Notes: generated from the letters alone by a model not told the origin. A stretch of DNA of 64,000 nucleotides from Candidatus Marinacidobacterium sp. (GCA_965204755.1 OZ242011.1:192001-256000), one strand, 5' to 3'. Positions 1 through 10,033 are shown, numbered from the stretch's first letter. A program made the numbers and translations.

Positions 1-2
1 TC

Positions 3-317
3 TTCGGGAACGGCGGCGACCCGCAGTTCTACCTGAGTTCCTCCGACTGGATGCCGCGGAGTTTCAACCGCCGGATCGAGATCGCCTTCCCCATCTACGA
101 CCCGGCGGTGCGAAGCAAACTCCGCCGGTACTTGGACCTGCAGTTCGAGGACAACTGCAAGGCGCGCGAACACGGCCGCGCCGGCGAGAACCGCCGGGTC
201 CCCGCCGGCGAGGCGCGGATCGCGGCGCAGGAGGCGATCTACCGGCGGATCGCCGAGGAAGCCGAGGAAGAGCGGCGGTCCGCAGTCGAGGAGGCCGCCG
301 AAGTCACCGCGGGCTGA
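3..317 (+). CDS. ppk1: Polyphosphate kinase 1, C-terminal fragment (gene starts before the window)
   Basis: Frame reads FGNGGDPQFYLSSSDWMPRSFNRRIEIAFPIYD...DNCKAR, matching the PPK1 C-terminal SADWMxRNxxRRVE and DNxKAR motifs. Confidence 0.9.
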   Translation, partial: FGNGGDPQFYLSSSDWMPRSFNRRIEIAFPIYDPAVRSKLRRYLDLQFEDNCKAREHGRAGENRRVPAGEARIAAQEAIYRRIAEEAEEERRSAVEEAAEVTAG

Positions 318-1395
318 GCAGCAGCGCGGCCAGCGCGCCGCCCCGGTCGAGGGACTCGTAGGCGGACGCCGCCTCCGCGAACGGCGTCCGCAGGGTGACC
401 AGCCGCTCCAGCGGGACTTCGGCGAGCAGCCGCCAGGCAGTCTTCCGGCGGCGGGCCACCGACCAGGCCGGGCCGAGGGGAGGCAGCCGGCTGACCTGCG
501 AGGAGACGAGGCGCAGCCGGCCCCGGTGGAAGGCGCCGCCCAGGTCGAGCGGCGTCGGGTCTCCGGCGAGCCAGGAGCCGACGACGATCCGGCCCTCCGG
601 CGCCGCCAGCCGGAGCGCCCCGTCGAGCGCGGCGGGGTTCCCGGAGACCTCGTAGACCAGGTCCGCCCGCGCCCCGGAGGCCGACTCCGCCTCTTCGGGC
701 GAGACCGAGGACGACGCGCCGAACTCCCGCGACCGGGCGCGGCGCTCCGGGTCGGGATCGGCGGTGACCAGGTCGTCGAGCGGAAAGCGGGCGAGGAGCG
801 CGGTGAGGGCCAGGCCGAGCGCGCCCTGCCCGAGGACCGCCACCCGTTCCCCGGCGAGGGGGCGCCCGTCGAGCAGGAGGTTCACCGCCGTCTCCAGGTA
901 GGGGAAGAGCGCGGCCCGCTCGTCGGGGATTCCCGGAGGCGGGCGCTCGAGGTCCGCGGCCGCCGCGGTGAACGCCGTCCGGTGCGGGACGAAGGCAAAC
1001 ACCCGGTCCCCGGGGGCGAGGGCGCCGGCGGGAGGCGGGCCGGCGCCCGGCGGCGCGGGCTCGCCCAGCCGTTCGACGACGCCCACCGAGGCGTAGCCGT
1101 AGGGGAACGGGAACCGGAAGGCGCCGCCGCGGAGGGCCGTGAGGGTTTCGTCGCGCGCCAGGCCGGGGTCGAGCCGGCCCCGGTAGGCGGCGAGTTCGGT
1201 CCCGGAACTGATCGCCGAGAGGCGCGTCCGGACGAGCGCCTCGCCGGCCTGCGGCCCCGGGAGCGCTTCGCGCCGGACGCCGATCCGCCGGGGCCCCTCG
1301 AACCAGACGGCGAGCCGTTCCTCCCGGCCGCGGCCAGCCGGCGGCGGGCCGGGCGCCTCGACGCGCGGGCGCGGCGCCCCGGCGCCCGAAGTCAC
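304..1395 (-). CDS. MDR-family (zinc-binding alcohol dehydrogenase-like) oxidoreductase
   Basis: SAISSGTE, PFPYGYASVG, ETAVN, VAVLGQGALG Rossmann motif, GSW and FHRGRLRLVSSQV typical of the RibD/pterin-cluster-associated MDR subgroup. Confidence 0.85.
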   Translation of the reverse strand: MTSGAGAPRPRVEAPGPPPAGRGREERLAVWFEGPRRIGVRREALPGPQAGEALVRTRLSAISSGTELAAYRGRLDPGLARDETLTALRGGAFRFPFPYGYASVGVVERLGEPAPPGAGPPPAGALAPGDRVFAFVPHRTAFTAAAADLERPPPGIPDERAALFPYLETAVNLLLDGRPLAGERVAVLGQGALGLALTALLARFPLDDLVTADPDPERRARSREFGASSSVSPEEAESASGARADLVYEVSGNPAALDGALRLAAPEGRIVVGSWLAGDPTPLDLGGAFHRGRLRLVSSQVSRLPPLGPAWSVARRRKTAWRLLAEVPLERLVTLRTPFAEAASAYESLDRGGALAALLLSPR

Positions 1396-2159
1396 CGGCC
1401 GGCGGCGGGGCCGCGGCGCGGGCGACCGAAGCGGGGCCGGCCGGCGAACACCAGGTCGTCGCCGTACCGGGCCCAGGCCAGGCCGTCGAGCGCGACCGGC
1501 GCCGAGACCCGGGCCAGCGCCGGTTCGCCGCCGAGCAGGCGCGGCGCCACCGTGACCACCACGCAGTCGGCGAGCCGGGCGGCGAACAGGGAGGTGAGCA
1601 CCCGGCTCCCCCCTTCGACCAGGAGCCGGCGGACGCCGCGCCGGGCGAGGGCGCGGAGCAGCGGACGGAGCGGGACCCGGCCATCCTCCGGGGCGAAGCG
1701 CAGGACCTCGGCCCCGCGCGCGGCGAGCCGTTCCGCCCGCGCCGCCGGGGCGTCCGCGGTGGCGGCGACCACCGGCCGGCGGCGCCCGGCGCCGGGGAGG
1801 AGCCGCGCGCTCCCCGGCAGCCGCAGCCGGCTGTCGAGCACCACCGGGACCGGGTCAGGCCCCGCGGCGAAACGGACGGTCAACCGGGGGTCGTCGGCGA
1901 GCACCGTGCCGATGCCCACCAGGATGGCGTCGTGCCGGGCGCGCAGCCGGTGCGTCAGCGAGAGCGCCCGGTCGCCGCTGAGCCGGAGCATCTCGCCCGG
2001 AACGAGGGCGATGGAGCCGTCCAGACTCTGCGCGTAACTCACCGTGACCCGGGGCCGGCTCGGCGGCCCGGCGCGGGCCCGGCCGCCGGGGCCGGCGCCT
2101 CCGGGCTCGGTCAGGCGGGCGATCTCGTCTTCGAGCGCCGACTCGGCCCCGCCGCCCAT
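1392..2159 (-). CDS. RibD C-terminal-domain (pyrimidine reductase-like) protein
   Basis: SYAQSLDGSIA, HRLRARHDAILVGIGTVLADDPRLTVR, LLVEGG; ATG at 2159 overlaps the upstream stop, so the real start lies inside the 1392..3803 ORF. Confidence 0.88.
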   Translation of the reverse strand: MGGGAESALEDEIARLTEPGGAGPGGRARAGPPSRPRVTVSYAQSLDGSIALVPGEMLRLSGDRALSLTHRLRARHDAILVGIGTVLADDPRLTVRFAAGPDPVPVVLDSRLRLPGSARLLPGAGRRRPVVAATADAPAARAERLAARGAEVLRFAPEDGRVPLRPLLRALARRGVRRLLVEGGSRVLTSLFAARLADCVVVTVAPRLLGGEPALARVSAPVALDGLAWARYGDDLVFAGRPRFGRPRRGPAAGR

Positions 2160-4507
2160 CAGGAGTCCGCCGCCGACTCCTCGGGCGCCGGCGCCCGGCG
2201 CACGCCCACTTCCTCGATCAGGACTTCCCCGGGAGTCCCCGGGTCGAAGCGGAAGCGGACGCCGGTGAACGCGGTTTCCGGCGCCGCGCCCTCGGCGGCG
2301 GGCAGCCCTTCGGCCGCGGGCGGCTCCTCGGCGCCGGGCAGCGGGAGCAGCGCGGCGAGCGGCAGGAACACGGTCTGGGGGATGTCCTCGGTGTCCCGCC
2401 GGTACCGCCGCCGGGTGAGGTCTTCCGACTTCAGGAACCGGACCTCGAACGGGGGCTCGGGAGACAGCGAGGAAGCGACCGGCGCCTCGGGGCCCTCCCG
2501 TTCGGGAAACAGGAGTTGCGCGGTCATGGCGAGCGGAGGCCGCGCCCAGGGCGTCCCGTCGCCGGAAGAGTCCGGCGCCTCCGGGTTCCACACCAGCGAC
2601 AGGCGCAGTTCGTCCCCGGGGGCGAAGGGGATCGGCTCCGCGAAGCGGATCTCGTACTCGGGGGACGCGCTCCCCGCGGCGCCGGCCCGGACCCGCAGCC
2701 GGACCGCGGAACTCCCCTGCCGGGAGCCGTCCCGGAAGAGCATCTCCTCCTCGCTCCAGTCGGCGAACCCGGAGGCCCGGACGACGGAACCGGGGAGTCC
2801 CCCGGTGGTCAGGTCGAGGTCCTCGTCGAACCCGGCGATCTTCCGGGTGAGCGAGTCCGCGTACTGGTTGGCGAAGAGCGCCGACGGCAGGAACCGGGCG
2901 CCCGAGCGGTAGTCCCGGAAGAGCGGCAGGAACTCCGCTTCGCCGAGGAGCGAAGCGCGCAGGAAGGCCGACAGATAGACCGCCGCCGCCCGCTGCTGCT
3001 CCTCCGGGGCGAGCAGCGGCGCCCGGTTCAGCCAGAGCGCGCCGGGGAGACCCGAGTCCATCCCCCAAGTGGTGTTGAACTGCCCGTGGTTCGCGCCGTG
3101 GAGCACCACCCCCGCCTTGAACCGGAAGGGGAGGAGCCCGTCCTCCGTTTCGGCGTCCTCGGAGAAGCGCACCCGGTGGTACTGCCTCAGGCCGTGGAAA
3201 CTGGGCTCGTCGGTGTCGTAGGAGCCCTGGATGGCGAAGAAGTCCACATCCCGGAGTTCCATCCGCCGGGGATACCGGCGGTCGATCTGGGCGACCGCCG
3301 CGACCGCGCGGATGCCGAAGCGGTAGTCGAGGGTGAATTCCGCGTCGTCGGGGAAGTGGTCGAGGTCGTTGAGCGCGGCGGCGATCGCCGCCGCCTCGCC
3401 GCCCCGGGAGTGGCCGACGAGCGCCACCCGCTCGAAGTCGAGCCGGTTGTAGAGCGGCGTTCTCGGGTTGCGGCTCCACTCCCGGAAGAAGCGGAGGTGC
3501 TCGAGCAGGAGGATCGCCCGCGCGGGCATTTCGCGGCCGCCGAAGTCCCCGGACCAACTCCCGTTCAGGAAGTTCGCGTCCACCGAAGCCGCGGCGATCC
3601 CGTGGCTGGCGAACAGGTCGAGCAGGTAGTCGTAGCCGGCGTCGGAGAAGTCCTCCATCCGGTGGTTCCCGTGGACCACCAGGGCGATCGGCCGCCGGTC
3701 CCCGGCGTCCACCTGGGGCAGGACCAGGCGCCCGTTCAGGGGCGCGCGGGAGATGCCGAACCCCCACCACCACTCCCGGTGGCGGGCGCGGAACCCCTCC
3801 CACTCCGGCAGGAGTTGGCTCAGGTCCACCCGCCGGGATTCGATGTCCACCGCCTCGCCGTACTCCGGCCGGCGGGCGTCGGTCCCGCTGCCGTAGGTGA
3901 GCCGGGTCGTGGCGTAGGGGCCGGGCGCGGCCGGGTCGGAGGGGATCGGCGCCGGCGGGGAACCGGGCTGGGCCACCGGCGCCCGGGGCCAGGGATCGCT
4001 TCCGGGCGAAAGGAGCCAGGAGACGCCGAAGGCGGCGATCGCGAGACCCGGCGCGGCGAGGGCCAGTCCCGGCCAGCGGGAGGAAGCGTGCGGCGGCCGG
4101 AGGAACCAGGCGCCGCCGAAGGCGAACAGGAACGGCCCGCCGAAGACCACGGCGACCAGCCCCGGCAGCAGTTCCTCCGGCCAGCGGAGGGCGAACGAGC
4201 GGAGCAGGTAGAGGCTCGCCCCGGAGGCCAGCAGCACCACCGCCACATCGCCGGAGAGGCGGCGGAGCGCGCCCGACAGGAGCCAGCCGACGCCGACGAA
4301 GGCGAGCAGGGACAGCACCCCGGCGGCGAGGCCGACGAACGCCGGGAGCACCGTGCCCGGCAGCGCCCCGTAGAAGACCGCCGCGAAGGTGTGGAGGACG
4401 ACCACGCAGAACGCCGCCGCCCCGGCGCCGGCGGCGTAGAACCGCACATGGTCGCGGAGCGGGCCTTCGGAAGCCCCCGCCCCGCGCCGGCGCCGCCTCA
4501 GGACCAC
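2159..4507 (-). CDS. Membrane-anchored alpha/beta hydrolase (chlorophyllase/PAF-AH-like)
   Basis: Several N-terminal TM segments, VVHGNH, GYDYL, nucleophile elbow GHSRGG, GANHGQFN. Confidence 0.8.
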   Translation of the reverse strand: MVLRRRRRGAGASEGPLRDHVRFYAAGAGAAAFCVVVLHTFAAVFYGALPGTVLPAFVGLAAGVLSLLAFVGVGWLLSGALRRLSGDVAVVLLASGASLYLLRSFALRWPEELLPGLVAVVFGGPFLFAFGGAWFLRPPHASSRWPGLALAAPGLAIAAFGVSWLLSPGSDPWPRAPVAQPGSPPAPIPSDPAAPGPYATTRLTYGSGTDARRPEYGEAVDIESRRVDLSQLLPEWEGFRARHREWWWGFGISRAPLNGRLVLPQVDAGDRRPIALVVHGNHRMEDFSDAGYDYLLDLFASHGIAAASVDANFLNGSWSGDFGGREMPARAILLLEHLRFFREWSRNPRTPLYNRLDFERVALVGHSRGGEAAAIAAALNDLDHFPDDAEFTLDYRFGIRAVAAVAQIDRRYPRRMELRDVDFFAIQGSYDTDEPSFHGLRQYHRVRFSEDAETEDGLLPFRFKAGVVLHGANHGQFNTTWGMDSGLPGALWLNRAPLLAPEEQQRAAAVYLSAFLRASLLGEAEFLPLFRDYRSGARFLPSALFANQYADSLTRKIAGFDEDLDLTTGGLPGSVVRASGFADWSEEEMLFRDGSRQGSSAVRLRVRAGAAGSASPEYEIRFAEPIPFAPGDELRLSLVWNPEAPDSSGDGTPWARPPLAMTAQLLFPEREGPEAPVASSLSPEPPFEVRFLKSEDLTRRRYRRDTEDIPQTVFLPLAALLPLPGAEEPPAAEGLPAAEGAAPETAFTGVRFRFDPGTPGEVLIEEVGVRRAPAPEESAADS

Positions 4508-4579
4508 CGCGCCGGGCGCCTCCCCCGCGCCTTCACCGCGGCGAGACGCCGGTTCCCGGCTCGCCCGGCCGCCGGGGTC

Positions 4580-4963
4580 TCAGGAGGAGGATTCCCGGAG
4601 GTAGGCGTCGGTGCCGTCCAGCCAGTCCTGCCGGGGCGGGTTGAAGATGTCCACATCGAGCGTGTCCTCGAGCGCGATCGCCTTGTGGGGAACCCACGAC
4701 GGCAGCACCAGCACCTCCCCGGCGCGCACATCGATCGGCTCGGAATCTTCGTCGCGGATCCAGAACCGCAGCGCCCCTTCGAGCACATAGGTGATCTGCT
4801 CGTTCTCGTGGGAGTGCATCGGCACGACCGCCCCCTTCGCCAGGTAAACATGGGTGAGCATCGTCCGTTCGGCGGTGATCATCCGGCGGCCGATCCGGTC
4901 GTTCAGCCGCTCCTTCGCCATGTCTTCCCAACGGAAGCGCCGAACCTCGTCGTTCGCGGCCAT
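4580..4963 (-). CDS. Cupin domain protein
   Basis: PMHSHENEQITYVLEG and PSWVPH cupin motifs, DIFNPPRQDW tail; GGAG RBS upstream. Confidence 0.9.
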   Translation of the reverse strand: MAANDEVRRFRWEDMAKERLNDRIGRRMITAERTMLTHVYLAKGAVVPMHSHENEQITYVLEGALRFWIRDEDSEPIDVRAGEVLVLPSWVPHKAIALEDTLDVDIFNPPRQDWLDGTDAYLRESSS

Positions 4964-5161
4964 GGAAACTCCCTTCCGCGCGGCGTCGCGCCGCGCCCCG
5001 GCCCCGAGCCATCCCCGCCGGGGCCGAACGGCGAAACATGATACCGGGCGCCCCCTTCCGGCCCGCGGAGAGGCCGCCCCGCCCTCCGCTTCCCGACCGG
5101 AGCGTCGGAACTCCCCGCAGGGTTTCCCCGCCGAAGGGCACCCCCCGGGCTCGACGGGCCG

Positions 5162-5560
5162 TCAGTTCCAATAGCCGACGGCCAAACCCAGCGCGGCGCC
5201 GAAGCCGACGATCACCAGCGGCGCCGCGAGCATCGCGCCCGCCACGCGGGCGAGCGGACGCGGCTTCCTTCGGCCGGGGACGAAGCAGATCAGCCCCTGC
5301 GCGCCGATCGCGGCGAAGAGCGCGCCGTAGGCGGCGCCGGGCCGGGCGCAGTAGGGGCAATCCGGCGGCCCCGGCGTCTGGATGTTGCAGTGCGCCGCGC
5401 CGCCCGCCCGGAGCGAAACGCAGCCGCAGTCGTAGGTCAGGTGGCAGAGGTCGAGGAAGAACACCGAGACGGCCGCCGCCGCCACGACGAAGCCGGCGGC
5501 CCGCAGCCAGAAGCCGCCCCGGCCGGAGCGCCGGCCCGAGCGCCGCCCGTCGTCCTCCAC
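5162..5560 (-). CDS. Small membrane protein with Cys-rich loop
   Basis: Three hydrophobic segments; CHLTYDCGC, HCNI and CPYC in the loop. Confidence 0.65.
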   Translation of the reverse strand: MEDDGRRSGRRSGRGGFWLRAAGFVVAAAAVSVFFLDLCHLTYDCGCVSLRAGGAAHCNIQTPGPPDCPYCARPGAAYGALFAAIGAQGLICFVPGRRKPRPLARVAGAMLAAPLVIVGFGAALGLAVGYWN

Positions 5561-5674
5561 CGCCTCGTCCTCCCCTTCCTCCGCTCCGCCCCCGCCCGCT
5601 CTTCCGACCGCCGGATTCTACGGCGCGGGAGGGCTCCGGGAACGGCGCTCGCCCGTAAGATTTCCGGCGCGGGG

Positions 5675-6544
5675 ATGCGAGCGGAGCGGCGGGAGCGGGA
5701 GCGGCGGCGGGTCGGGGCGCTGCTGCTCCTGCCGGCGCTGCTCGCGGTCGCGGCGTTCGCCGCGGCGCCCATCGGGGTGCTGATCCGGCTCTCGCTCTTC
5801 GAGCCCGGCCCGCTCGCCCCGCTCGAAGGCGCGGCGTCGCTCGCCTCCTTCGCGGCGCTCGCGGAATCCCCCTACCCCGCGGTGGCGCTCCGCACCCTCC
5901 GGCTGGCGGCGCTCACCACTCTCTTCACGGCGCTCCTCGGCTTCCCGGCGGCGGTCGCCCTCTCCCGGTCGCGGGGCGCGTGGCGGAGCGCGCAGTTGCT
6001 CATCGTGGTGTCGCCGCTGCTCATGTCCATCGTGGTGCGCGCTTACGGCTGGATGCTGCTCCTCGGGCGCCAGGGCTTCCTCGGCGGGCTCCGGGAAGCG
6101 GTCGGCCTGCCCCGCGCCGGGCTCCTCCACACCGAGACCGCCGTCCTGCTGGCGCTCGTCGAATCCTTCCTCCCGTTCATGATCCTGGCGCTCACCGCGA
6201 GCCTCGACCGGATCGACCCGCGGCTGGTCGAGGCCGCCCGCAGCCTGGGCGCCTCCCCGTTCCGGGCCTTTTCGCGGGTCACCCTGCCGCTCGCGCTGCC
6301 CGGGCTGGTGGCCGGCGCGAGTTTCGTGTTGGTCGGCGGGCTCTCGGCCTACGCCACCCCGGCCCTGCTGGGCGGCGCCGCGACCCGCACCCTGGTCCTG
6401 GAGATCTACGAACTCGTCGCGGTCACCTTCGACTGGCCGACCGCCGCCGCCGCGTCGCTCGCGCTGCTCGCCGCGGCCTCGGCGCTGGTCGCCGCCGGGG
6501 CGCTCGTCAGCCGCCGGCGGACCGCCGCCTGGTTCGGGGCGTGA
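5675..6544 (+). CDS. ABC transporter permease (PotB-like)
   Basis: VVRAYGW and EAA loop LVEAARSLGA; ATG at 5675. Confidence 0.9.
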   Translation: MRAERRERERRRVGALLLLPALLAVAAFAAAPIGVLIRLSLFEPGPLAPLEGAASLASFAALAESPYPAVALRTLRLAALTTLFTALLGFPAAVALSRSRGAWRSAQLLIVVSPLLMSIVVRAYGWMLLLGRQGFLGGLREAVGLPRAGLLHTETAVLLALVESFLPFMILALTASLDRIDPRLVEAARSLGASPFRAFSRVTLPLALPGLVAGASFVLVGGLSAYATPALLGGAATRTLVLEIYELVAVTFDWPTAAAASLALLAAASALVAAGALVSRRRTAAWFGA

Positions 6545-6549
6545 GGGCG

Positions 6550-7428
6550 ATGCCGCCCGGAAGTTCGCCCGGCGCGCGCCCGGGGAGGCACGCGCTCGCC
6601 GCCGCCGCCGGGCTGGCTTACGCCCTCCTGCTGGCGGCGCCGCTGGCGGTGCTCGCCTACTCGCTCAGTCCGACCGCGGCGCTGGAGATCCCGCCGACCG
6701 GCGCCAGCCTGCGGTGGTACGCCGGCCTGCTCGACCAGCCCCGGCTCCTGTCCGGGCTCGGGACGAGCGTGTCGCTCGGCCTGCTCGCCACCGGCGGGTC
6801 GCTGGCGCTCGGCGTCGCCGCCGCGCTCGGGCTCACCCGCGCCGCCCTGCCCGGGCGGGAGGCCGTTCTCGCCTTCCTCCTGTCGCCGCTCAGCCTGCCC
6901 GGACTGGTGCTCGGCGTCGGGCTCCTCACCGCCGTTTCGCTGGCGGCCCGGGCCACCGGCGTCCAACTGGCCGGCACGCTCGCGCCGCTGCTGGCCGCCC
7001 ACCTGGTGATCACGCTCCCCTGGGTGGTGCGCAGCGTGGCCGCCACCCTGGAGTCCGCGGACCCGGCCCTCGAAGAGCAGGCGCGGAGCCTCGGCGCCGG
7101 GCCGATCGCCGCCCTGTTCCTCGTCACGCTGCCGGGCGCCCGCGCCGGCATCCTGGCCGGGGCGGTGTTCGCGTTCGTGGTGTCCTTCGGCAACTTCGCG
7201 CTTTCGCTCTTCCTGGTCAGCGGGCGGACGATCACCCTGCCGGTGGCCATCTTCGAGAGCGTGGACCGTTACCAGGACCCCACCGCCGCCGCGATCAGCA
7301 CGGTGGCGATCCTGCTCACCGCCGGCGCCGCCCTCCTCGCCGACCGCCTCTCCGGCGTCCTGACCCTCCCGGCCCCCCGTGCTCGCGCCGGCCGCGCCCG
7401 CGCCGGCGCGCCCGCCGGCGGACGATGA
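6550..7428 (+). CDS. ABC transporter permease (PotC-like)
   Basis: SLRWY, LEEQARSLGA, FVVSFGNF, TLPVAIF; ATG at 6550. Confidence 0.9.
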   Translation: MPPGSSPGARPGRHALAAAAGLAYALLLAAPLAVLAYSLSPTAALEIPPTGASLRWYAGLLDQPRLLSGLGTSVSLGLLATGGSLALGVAAALGLTRAALPGREAVLAFLLSPLSLPGLVLGVGLLTAVSLAARATGVQLAGTLAPLLAAHLVITLPWVVRSVAATLESADPALEEQARSLGAGPIAALFLVTLPGARAGILAGAVFAFVVSFGNFALSLFLVSGRTITLPVAIFESVDRYQDPTAAAISTVAILLTAGAALLADRLSGVLTLPAPRARAGRARAGAPAGGR

Positions 7429-8468
7429 CTCCCGGTTCGACGCCCGCGCCTCCCGGCCGGCGGCGCCGCCGGCGGCCGGGGCGCCTCGCCGCCGCGTCCG
7501 CGCTCGCCGCCCTCTCCGCCTGCAGCGGCGGAAGCGGCCAGCCGGAACTGGTCATCGCGGCGCCGCCGGGCCGGATCGCCGACCTGGAGGAGCGCTTCGC
7601 GCCGGCCTTCGAGGAGGCCGCCGGCGCCCGGATCGTCCCGGTGGGGCTGCGCTCCGGCGACCAGGTGGCGCGGGTGCGCATCGAGCGCGGCAACCCCTCG
7701 CTGGACCTCCTGTGGATCGACGCCGGCGAAGCGGCGCTCCTGGCCCGGGAGGGCCTGCTCCGCCCGCCGTCCGAGATCCGGGCGCCGCACCTCGACGCCC
7801 TCGGCCCGGCGGACGGGCCCGGCGCCCTGCCCCCGACCTTCTCTTCCGCCGTGGGGTTCCTCTACAACACCGAGGCCCTGCCGGCGCCGCCCCGTTCCTG
7901 GGCGGCGCTCTTCGACCCGGCGCTCGCCGGCCGGCTCGCTCTCTTCCACTTCGGCAGCACCCTCGGCCCGCTCACCGTCGCGGCGCTCGCCCACCTCGAA
8001 ACCGGGGACGGGACCGACGCCGACGCCGGGTTCCGGCGGCTGGCGGAACTCCGGCCGAATGTGCTCCACTTCGGCGGCAGCGGCCCGGCGAACAACCAGT
8101 TGGTGGCGCAGGGCGAGGCCTGGCTCACCTTGGGGCTCCCCGCCCAGGCCCGCCACCTCCGGGAGGCGGGAGCGCCGGTGGGCTGGATCGCCCCGGCGGA
8201 AGGCGCAATCGCCCTGCCCCAGGGCATCCAGGTGGTCGCCGGGACCCGCCGGCCGGCGCTCGCCGACGCCTTCGTGGACCACCTGTTCTCGCCGGGGATG
8301 CAGGCCGTCGCCGCCCGCGCGCTGGAACTCGTCCCCGCGCGCCCCGAGGTCCCGCTCCCGGCCGGTCTCCCGGCGCCGGACTCGCTGCTCCGGCTCGACC
8401 TCCCGGCGATCGGCCGGCTGCGCCCGGAGTGGGCCGCCCGGTTCCGCCGGGAGGTCCTCGGCGAGTGA
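7425..8468 (+). CDS. ABC transporter substrate-binding lipoprotein (PotD/AfuA-like)
   Basis: Lipobox LSAC, GFLYNTE..PRSWAALFDP, PAEGA; ATGA overlap with the permease. Confidence 0.85.
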   Translation: MTPGSTPAPPGRRRRRRPGRLAAASALAALSACSGGSGQPELVIAAPPGRIADLEERFAPAFEEAAGARIVPVGLRSGDQVARVRIERGNPSLDLLWIDAGEAALLAREGLLRPPSEIRAPHLDALGPADGPGALPPTFSSAVGFLYNTEALPAPPRSWAALFDPALAGRLALFHFGSTLGPLTVAALAHLETGDGTDADAGFRRLAELRPNVLHFGGSGPANNQLVAQGEAWLTLGLPAQARHLREAGAPVGWIAPAEGAIALPQGIQVVAGTRRPALADAFVDHLFSPGMQAVAARALELVPARPEVPLPAGLPAPDSLLRLDLPAIGRLRPEWAARFRREVLGE

Positions 8469-10033
8469 CCTCCGCGCGGGTCGCCGGGCCGGCCTCGGGT
8501 GTCGCGCGGTACCTGCTCCCCGACCCGGCGGCGATGCGCGGGCCGGGCGCGGCCGGCCTCCGCGAGTGGGTGGAGCGGCTGGCCGTCCGGTTCGAGGCGG
8601 CCGGTTTCACCGCGCCGCCGGCGGGGGCGGGCCGGGCGCCGGAACCCCGCTTCCTCGATCCGGCTTCGCAGCCGGGGGACGAAGAGCCGCTCCTGCCGCG
8701 CGCGGAGTGGGCCGAGGCGGCGCGGTGGGCGGCGGCCGCCGAAGTCACCGAGCCGGAGCGGCAGGCGGCGCTGCTGCTCCTGACCGATGTCCTCGCCGTC
8801 GGCGCCGCGCCGCCGGTCCGCGGTCTCTCCGTACCGTTCCCGGCGGCGCTTTCCCCGGAGATGCGCCCGCCGGGGTCGGCCGGCCGCGGGAGTTGCAGCC
8901 TCGGCCTGCGCGCCTCCCTCTGGCGTCCGCCGGCGGACGGGCGGCGGAGCGTCCCCGTCGGCGAAGCCGTCCTCCGGAACCGCGCCGCCGGGGACGGCCG
9001 GGAACTCCTGGTCGGCCCGGAGTGCGTGAACGCGGCGGTGGCCGCCGCCGAGGCGGCTTCGCGCCCGCTCCGGGACCTCTTGGACGCCATCGTGGTCGGC
9101 AGCGCGGTCGGCGACTGGAGACGCCGGGCAGTCGGGCGGACGATGGAACGGCTCGGCATCCACGCCCCCGGGGCGCTCGCGCCCGTCGCCTCCGCCGCCG
9201 CAGTCACCCGCCTCCTCGGTCTCGGGCCGGAAGCGACGGCGGCCCGCCTCCGCCTCGCGGAGACACTCACCCCGATCCATCCCTACGGCGCCTTCGCCGG
9301 CGGCGCCCCGATCAAACTCCTCTACGGCGCCTGGGGGCAGTTCCTGGGACTCCTCGCCGCGATGGACGGCCCGGAGGCCTTCCCCCGTCCGGCGGCGGCG
9401 GCGACGGAAGCCGGGAACCGCTGGCCGGAGGAACCCGGGGCGGCGGTCCGGCGGATCGCCTACAAGAAGTACCCCGGATCCCGCGCCGTCCAGCCGGTCG
9501 CAGCCGCGGTGGAGCGCCTTCCCCGCTTCTCCGCGGCCGACCTCGAAACCGTCCGCCTCCTCCGGATCGAGGCCTACCCCTTCGCGGCGGAGATCTCCGG
9601 CTGGGCCGACCCGGCCCGCGGACCGATCGCCCGGCAGATGCACCTTCCCACCGCGGCGGTGATCGCCCTGGGCGCGCGGTCGGCCGGGAGGCCGCTGTCG
9701 GTCCATGACTACGGGCCCCCGCCCGGCCCCGCCGCCGCCGCGCCGGTCGCCCGCGCCGAGGTCCGCGCCCGCGAGTTCGGCGCCGACCCGGCGACCACCC
9801 GGGTGCGCCGGGCGCGGCTCTTCGTCCGGCTCGGGGACGGCCGGGAATTCGAGGCGGAAGCCGGCGCCCCGTTCGATCCGCCGCCCCCGGAGGCGATCCG
9901 CGCGCGGTTCCGCTCCCTGACGGAGGGGACCGGGCTCCGGGATCCGGGCGGGTTGCCCCCGGACGCCCCGGTCAGCGCCCTCTTCGCCGCCGGCGGAGCG
10001 GCGGCCCGGCATAAGACAATGACCGCCGCGTGA
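8465..10033 (+). CDS. Divergent MmgE/PrpD family protein
   Basis: LLTDVLAVG, HAPGALAPVASAAAVTRLLGL, IKLLYGAW and AYKKYPG correspond to the PrpD KxxHxG and KxYP regions; GTGA overlap. Confidence 0.7.
   Translation: MTSARVAGPASGVARYLLPDPAAMRGPGAAGLREWVERLAVRFEAAGFTAPPAGAGRAPEPRFLDPASQPGDEEPLLPRAEWAEAARWAAAAEVTEPERQAALLLLTDVLAVGAAPPVRGLSVPFPAALSPEMRPPGSAGRGSCSLGLRASLWRPPADGRRSVPVGEAVLRNRAAGDGRELLVGPECVNAAVAAAEAASRPLRDLLDAIVVGSAVGDWRRRAVGRTMERLGIHAPGALAPVASAAAVTRLLGLGPEATAARLRLAETLTPIHPYGAFAGGAPIKLLYGAWGQFLGLLAAMDGPEAFPRPAAAATEAGNRWPEEPGAAVRRIAYKKYPGSRAVQPVAAAVERLPRFSAADLETVRLLRIEAYPFAAEISGWADPARGPIARQMHLPTAAVIALGARSAGRPLSVHDYGPPPGPAAAAPVARAEVRAREFGADPATTRVRRARLFVRLGDGREFEAEAGAPFDPPPPEAIRARFRSLTEGTGLRDPGGLPPDAPVSALFAAGGAAARHKTMTAA

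Noticed and set aside
1392-3803. Long listed ORF starts (1392..3803, 7379..10033, 30903..34253, 32576..35662, 54302..56836, 55225..59082) as fusion proteins
   Set aside because: The N-terminal extensions overlap real genes in other frames; internal starts with stop/start overlaps or RBS explain them.
526-5041. Long + strand ORFs opposite the MDR, RibD and hydrolase genes (and similar antisense ORFs across the window)
   Set aside because: Expected stop-codon scarcity at high GC; the opposite strand carries recognisable proteins.
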